DNA of 64,000 nt from an uncultured Chloroflexia bacterium (GTDB taxonomy: Bacteria; Chloroflexota; Limnocylindria; Limnocylindrales; CSP1-4). The notes below the pieces were generated by a model. It saw only the letters and a list, made by a program, of their open reading frames with translations. It did not search any database and was not told the DNA's origin. The position numbers and the translations under genes were made by a program. The stretch is from NCBI GenBank assembly GCA_963713975.1, contig OY970218.1, positions 1,120,001-1,184,000 on the forward strand, written 5' to 3'. Each line of letters begins with the position of its first letter. The stretch's first letter is position 1. Shown piece by piece: positions 60,286 to 64,000 of this stretch.

Positions 60286-61323
60286 ATGAAAGCGATCGTC
60301 CAGGACCACTACGGCTCGGAGGACGTCCTCCAGCTCCGCGACATCGACCGGCCGGTCATCGGCAACGGCGACGTGCTGGTGCGCGTCCATGCCGCGTCGA
60401 TCCATATCGGCGACCGGCTGATCATGCAGGGGAGCCCCTTCCTGGTCCGCATGGCCACCGGCCTCGGGCGCCCGAAGCAGCCCATTCCGGGCACCGATAT
60501 CGCCGGCACGGTCGAGGCCGTGGGCAACGACGTTACGCGCTTCAAGGTCGGCGACGAGGTCTTCGGCTGGACGTCTGGCGCCTTCGCCGAGTACGCCTCG
60601 GTGCCCGAGGACCACCTGGCGGCCAAGCCGGCACGGCTGAGCTTCGAGGAGGCCGCGGCCGTGGGCGTTTCCGCGACGGTGGCGCTCCAGCTCCTTCGCG
60701 ACGATGGCAAGGTGAAGCCCGGTCAGAAGGTGCTCATCAACGGGGCGTCGGGCGGGGTCGGCACGTACGCCGTCCAGATCGCCAAGGCGTTCGGCGCGGA
60801 GGTCACGGGCGTGACCAGCACTCGCAACGCGGAGATAGTCAGGTCAATCGGCGCCGACCACGTCGTTGACTACACCAGGGAGGACTTCACGAAGGGGACC
60901 GAGCGGTACGACTTCATCCTCGACAACGTCGCCAACCACTCCCTGGCCGAGACGCGTCGCGCCCTCTCCCCGACGGGAACCCTGCTTCCGAATGGTGGCG
61001 GCCACACGGGTGGCGGCGTGGGCCGGCTGATCCGCGCCACGATCGCCTCGATGGTCTTCCGCGGCCAGGGCCGCCCATCCGTGAAGTTCCAGAACGCCGC
61101 GGACTTGGCTGCCCTCGTGGGGCTCGTCGAGACCGGCAAGATCACGCCGGTCATCGACCGCACCTATCCGCTGGCCGAGACCGCCGCGGCGCTGCGCCAG
61201 GTGGGCACTGGGCATGCACGCGGCACCGTCGTGATCAGCATCGCGGGGCCGGCGGCCGGCACCACGACCTCGGCAGGCACCGTGGGCGCGGCCACACCGC
61301 TTGCCGCGGGCGGTGTGGCATGA
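60286..61323 (+). CDS. NAD(P)-dependent MDR oxidoreductase
   Basis: MKAIVQDHYGS, GTDIAG, NGASGGVG, HARGTVVI. Confidence 0.92.
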   Translation: MKAIVQDHYGSEDVLQLRDIDRPVIGNGDVLVRVHAASIHIGDRLIMQGSPFLVRMATGLGRPKQPIPGTDIAGTVEAVGNDVTRFKVGDEVFGWTSGAFAEYASVPEDHLAAKPARLSFEEAAAVGVSATVALQLLRDDGKVKPGQKVLINGASGGVGTYAVQIAKAFGAEVTGVTSTRNAEIVRSIGADHVVDYTREDFTKGTERYDFILDNVANHSLAETRRALSPTGTLLPNGGGHTGGGVGRLIRATIASMVFRGQGRPSVKFQNAADLAALVGLVETGKITPVIDRTYPLAETAAALRQVGTGHARGTVVISIAGPAAGTTTSAGTVGAATPLAAGGVA

Positions 61324-62492
61324 CCCTCCTGCGCGAGCTGGGCCGCCGGAAGCTGCGGACCACGCTGACGGTGCTCGGCATCACCATCGGCATCTGGGCG
61401 CTGGTGGTGTTCAGCTCCATGGCCAACAAGATCAACTCGTTCGTGGCGAGCGGCAGCGACTACTACACCGGCAAGGTCCTCGTGAGCGACGGCTCGAGCG
61501 GCGGGATCGGCATCAGCCTCGTGCCCGTCGACCTGTCCGTCGCCGACCGGATCGGCGAGATGGCCGGCGTGGCCGCCGTCGACCCCCAGGTGCAGATCCC
61601 CTACGACGAGGCGGGCACCACGATGTTCAGCATGCCCCGCATGATCGTGGGCGCCGTGGCGGACGCGGACAAGGGCCTCGCGCGCCTCGATCTGCAGCCT
61701 GCCGTCGGGCGACGGCTGACCGCTGCCGACGAAGGATCCCGCGTCATCGTCCTGGGCAGCGACCTGGCAAGAGAGCTGGATGTCGCCGTCGGCGAGCAGA
61801 TGCTGCTCCGCGGCGGCACGTTCGAGGTCGTGGGCGTCCTGCAACCGACGCTCAGCACGCCGGACACGACGGCGATGGTGCCGCTGGCTGCAGGCCAGGA
61901 CCTCTTCCTCGCGACCCTCCCGCACACCCTGGGCTCGGCCCTCGACCCGACCAGAATGGCGTCGCAGATCGTCGTGTATGCCGAGGATGGCACCGACCCC
62001 GTCGAGCTTGGCGGCCATATCGAGGCCGCGGTCGATCAGGTCACCACGATGACCAGCGCCGACTTCGACCAGCAGGTGGGTACGACCACCCTGATCTTCA
62101 ACGCCATCATCGTCGGCGTCGCGGTCATCAGCCTGATTGTCGGCGGCCTCTCGGTGATCAACACGATGGCCATGAGCGTCACCGAGCGCACCCGGGAGAT
62201 CGGGATCAAGCGCGCGATCGGCGGCTCTCGCCACCGGATCATTCGCGAGCTGGTCGCCGAGGCGGCCCTCATCGGCTTGATCGGCGGGGTCATCGGCCTC
62301 GCGCTCGGCGCCGTCGGGGTCACGCTGGCAAACGAGGCCGGCCGAAGTTCCGGGATGAACCTGTTCGACCTGACCCTCGGCACGGCCGTGTTCGCCGTCG
62401 CCTTCAGCACGATCCTCGGCATGGTCGCCGGCGTCGTGCCCGCCTGGAACGCGGCCCGGCTCGACCCGGTCGCCGCGCTGCGATACGAGTGA
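61320..62492 (+). CDS. MacB/FtsX-like ABC permease
   Basis: RT.LTVLGITIG, extracytoplasmic loop, SVTERTREIGIKRAIG, PAWNAARLDPVAALRYE. Confidence 0.92.
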   Translation: MTLLRELGRRKLRTTLTVLGITIGIWALVVFSSMANKINSFVASGSDYYTGKVLVSDGSSGGIGISLVPVDLSVADRIGEMAGVAAVDPQVQIPYDEAGTTMFSMPRMIVGAVADADKGLARLDLQPAVGRRLTAADEGSRVIVLGSDLARELDVAVGEQMLLRGGTFEVVGVLQPTLSTPDTTAMVPLAAGQDLFLATLPHTLGSALDPTRMASQIVVYAEDGTDPVELGGHIEAAVDQVTTMTSADFDQQVGTTTLIFNAIIVGVAVISLIVGGLSVINTMAMSVTERTREIGIKRAIGGSRHRIIRELVAEAALIGLIGGVIGLALGAVGVTLANEAGRSSGMNLFDLTLGTAVFAVAFSTILGMVAGVVPAWNAARLDPVAALRYE

Positions 62493-62499
62493 GGACGAG

Positions 62500-63216
62500 A
62501 TGACCACACTGCTGGCAGGTCGCGACCTGCGCAAGACCTACCGCCTGAGTCGGGACAACAGCCTGCATGCCCTTCGCGGCGTGAACGTGGCCATCGATGC
62601 CGGCGAAATGGTGGCCATCATGGGAGCGTCGGGATCGGGCAAGAGCACGCTCATGCACATCCTGGGCCTGCTCCATGCCCCAGATGGTGATCCTGGTCCG
62701 ATGCCGCAGCTCCACTTCGACGGCACGGATGTCACGCGCCTGTCGGACGCCGAACGAACCCGCCTCCGCGCCAACCGGCTGGGCTTCGTCTTCCAGTCGT
62801 TCAACCTGGTGCCGACCCTGACCGCGATCGAGAACGTGATGCTGGCCGCGGACTATGCGGGCGAGGACCGGAGAACCGCGCGACGTGTCGCCACCGAGGC
62901 GCTGTCCTGGGTGGCACTAGAGGCCAGGGCCGGCCACCGTCCAATGGAGCTCTCGGGCGGGGAGCAGCAACGAGTAGCCCTCGCGCGGGCCCTGGTGAAC
63001 CAGCCTACGTTGCTGCTCGCCGACGAGCCGACCGGCGCCCTCGACTCGGCCCGATCGACCGAGGTCATGGCCCTCCTCCGACGCTTCAACCGGGAGCGCG
63101 GGCAGACGATGGTCATCGTCACCCACGACCCCGTCGTCGCTCGGGCCACAGACCGCGTCATCCACATGCAGGACGGCCTTGTCGTTGACGCGCCGCCCGT
63201 GGCGCTCGTCGCGTGA
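62500..63216 (+). CDS. MacB/LolD-like ABC ATP-binding protein
   Basis: GASGSGKST, GFVFQSFNL, LSGGEQQRV, ADEPTGALD. Confidence 0.93.
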   Translation: MTTLLAGRDLRKTYRLSRDNSLHALRGVNVAIDAGEMVAIMGASGSGKSTLMHILGLLHAPDGDPGPMPQLHFDGTDVTRLSDAERTRLRANRLGFVFQSFNLVPTLTAIENVMLAADYAGEDRRTARRVATEALSWVALEARAGHRPMELSGGEQQRVALARALVNQPTLLLADEPTGALDSARSTEVMALLRRFNRERGQTMVIVTHDPVVARATDRVIHMQDGLVVDAPPVALVA

Positions 63217-63221
63217 CGGCG

Positions 63222-64000
63222 ATGCGGGCCGTCGTGCTCCCGCGGCCGGGGTCGGCGGACGTCCTCGAGCTCCGGGAGTTGGAGGTGCCCACCCCGGGCG
63301 AGCACGAGGTCCTGGTCCGCGTTCGGGCCGCGACAGTCACGCGCGGCGACGTGGCCCTCAGGCGCGTGCCGCGACTCATGTGGCCCTTGCTCCGCATCGG
63401 GATGGGGCTCCGGCGCAAGCGGATCCTGGGCCACGAATACGCGGGCGAGGTCGAGGCGGTGGGCCGCGACGTAACCCGCTTCGCTCCCGGGGATGCCGTG
63501 TTCGGCACTACCACCGGGCTGGCGACCGGATCACACGCGGAGTACGTGTGCGTGCCGGACGATGGCGTGCTCGCCGCGAAGCCCACGAGCGTCGCCTTCG
63601 AGGAGGCGGCGGCGGTCCCGGTCGGCGCGATGACGGCTCTTCGGCTCCTTCGCGACGCTGGCGTCACGACAGGCTCGAAGGTCCTTGTCCACGGCGCCTC
63701 CGGCAGCGTGGGGACGTTCGCGGTGCAGTTGGCGCGGCACGAGGGCGCCGTGGTCACCGGCGTGTGCAGCACTGCCAACATGGAGTTGGTGGCGTCGCTG
63801 GGAGCCACCACGGTCATCGACTACAACACCATGGACTACGCGGCGGGCGATGTCCGGTATGACGTGGTTGTGGATGCCGCCGGCAAGGCCTCGCGCGACC
63901 GCGCCAGGGCGGTGCTGGCCGAGGGCGGTCGGTTCGTCTCGGTCCGATCCGCTGCCCGCGAACGCGCCGCCGACCTGGTGCACATCGCGGGCCTGCTGGA
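63222..64000 (+). CDS. NAD(P)-dependent MDR oxidoreductase (partial, runs off window end)
   Basis: Read manually: MRAVVLPRPGSADVL, LGHEYAGEVEAVG, VHGASGSVGTFAVQLA. Confidence 0.88.
   Translation, partial: MRAVVLPRPGSADVLELRELEVPTPGEHEVLVRVRAATVTRGDVALRRVPRLMWPLLRIGMGLRRKRILGHEYAGEVEAVGRDVTRFAPGDAVFGTTTGLATGSHAEYVCVPDDGVLAAKPTSVAFEEAAAVPVGAMTALRLLRDAGVTTGSKVLVHGASGSVGTFAVQLARHEGAVVTGVCSTANMELVASLGATTVIDYNTMDYAAGDVRYDVVVDAAGKASRDRARAVLAEGGRFVSVRSAARERAADLVHIAGLL

Overview
High-GC bacterial chromosome segment. Gene content and protein style suggest Chloroflexota, possibly Limnocylindria (inference, not demonstrated). About 1-41 kb is mostly core genome: folK, glpX, purH, a heat-shock operon (hspR-lon-dnaJ-clpB), a KimA-like/USP/TrkA potassium locus, rsmG, csoR, hpt, livKHMGF, an NYN protein with a long repeat-containing disordered tail, holB, acyP and c-di-GMP enzymes. 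About 41-64 kb looks accessory. It holds a 7-gene group-4 [NiFe]-hydrogenase/Ehr-like operon whose large subunit keeps all four Ni-site cysteines, followed by an Rv0081-like ArsR gene whose promoter shares an identical 16-bp box with the operon promoter. It also holds a membrane-anchored LuxR regulator, two ABC exporters, four paralogous MDR oxidoreductases (one frameshifted) and a phage-type HNH relic. Non-coding highlights: a HAIR-geometry palindrome at two promoters, a 6S-like rod-shaped RNA candidate, an Hsp20 remnant mini-ORF, a CsoR operator and many apparently leaderless promoters. No rRNA, tRNA, CRISPR array, integrase, transposase or reverse transcriptase was recognised.
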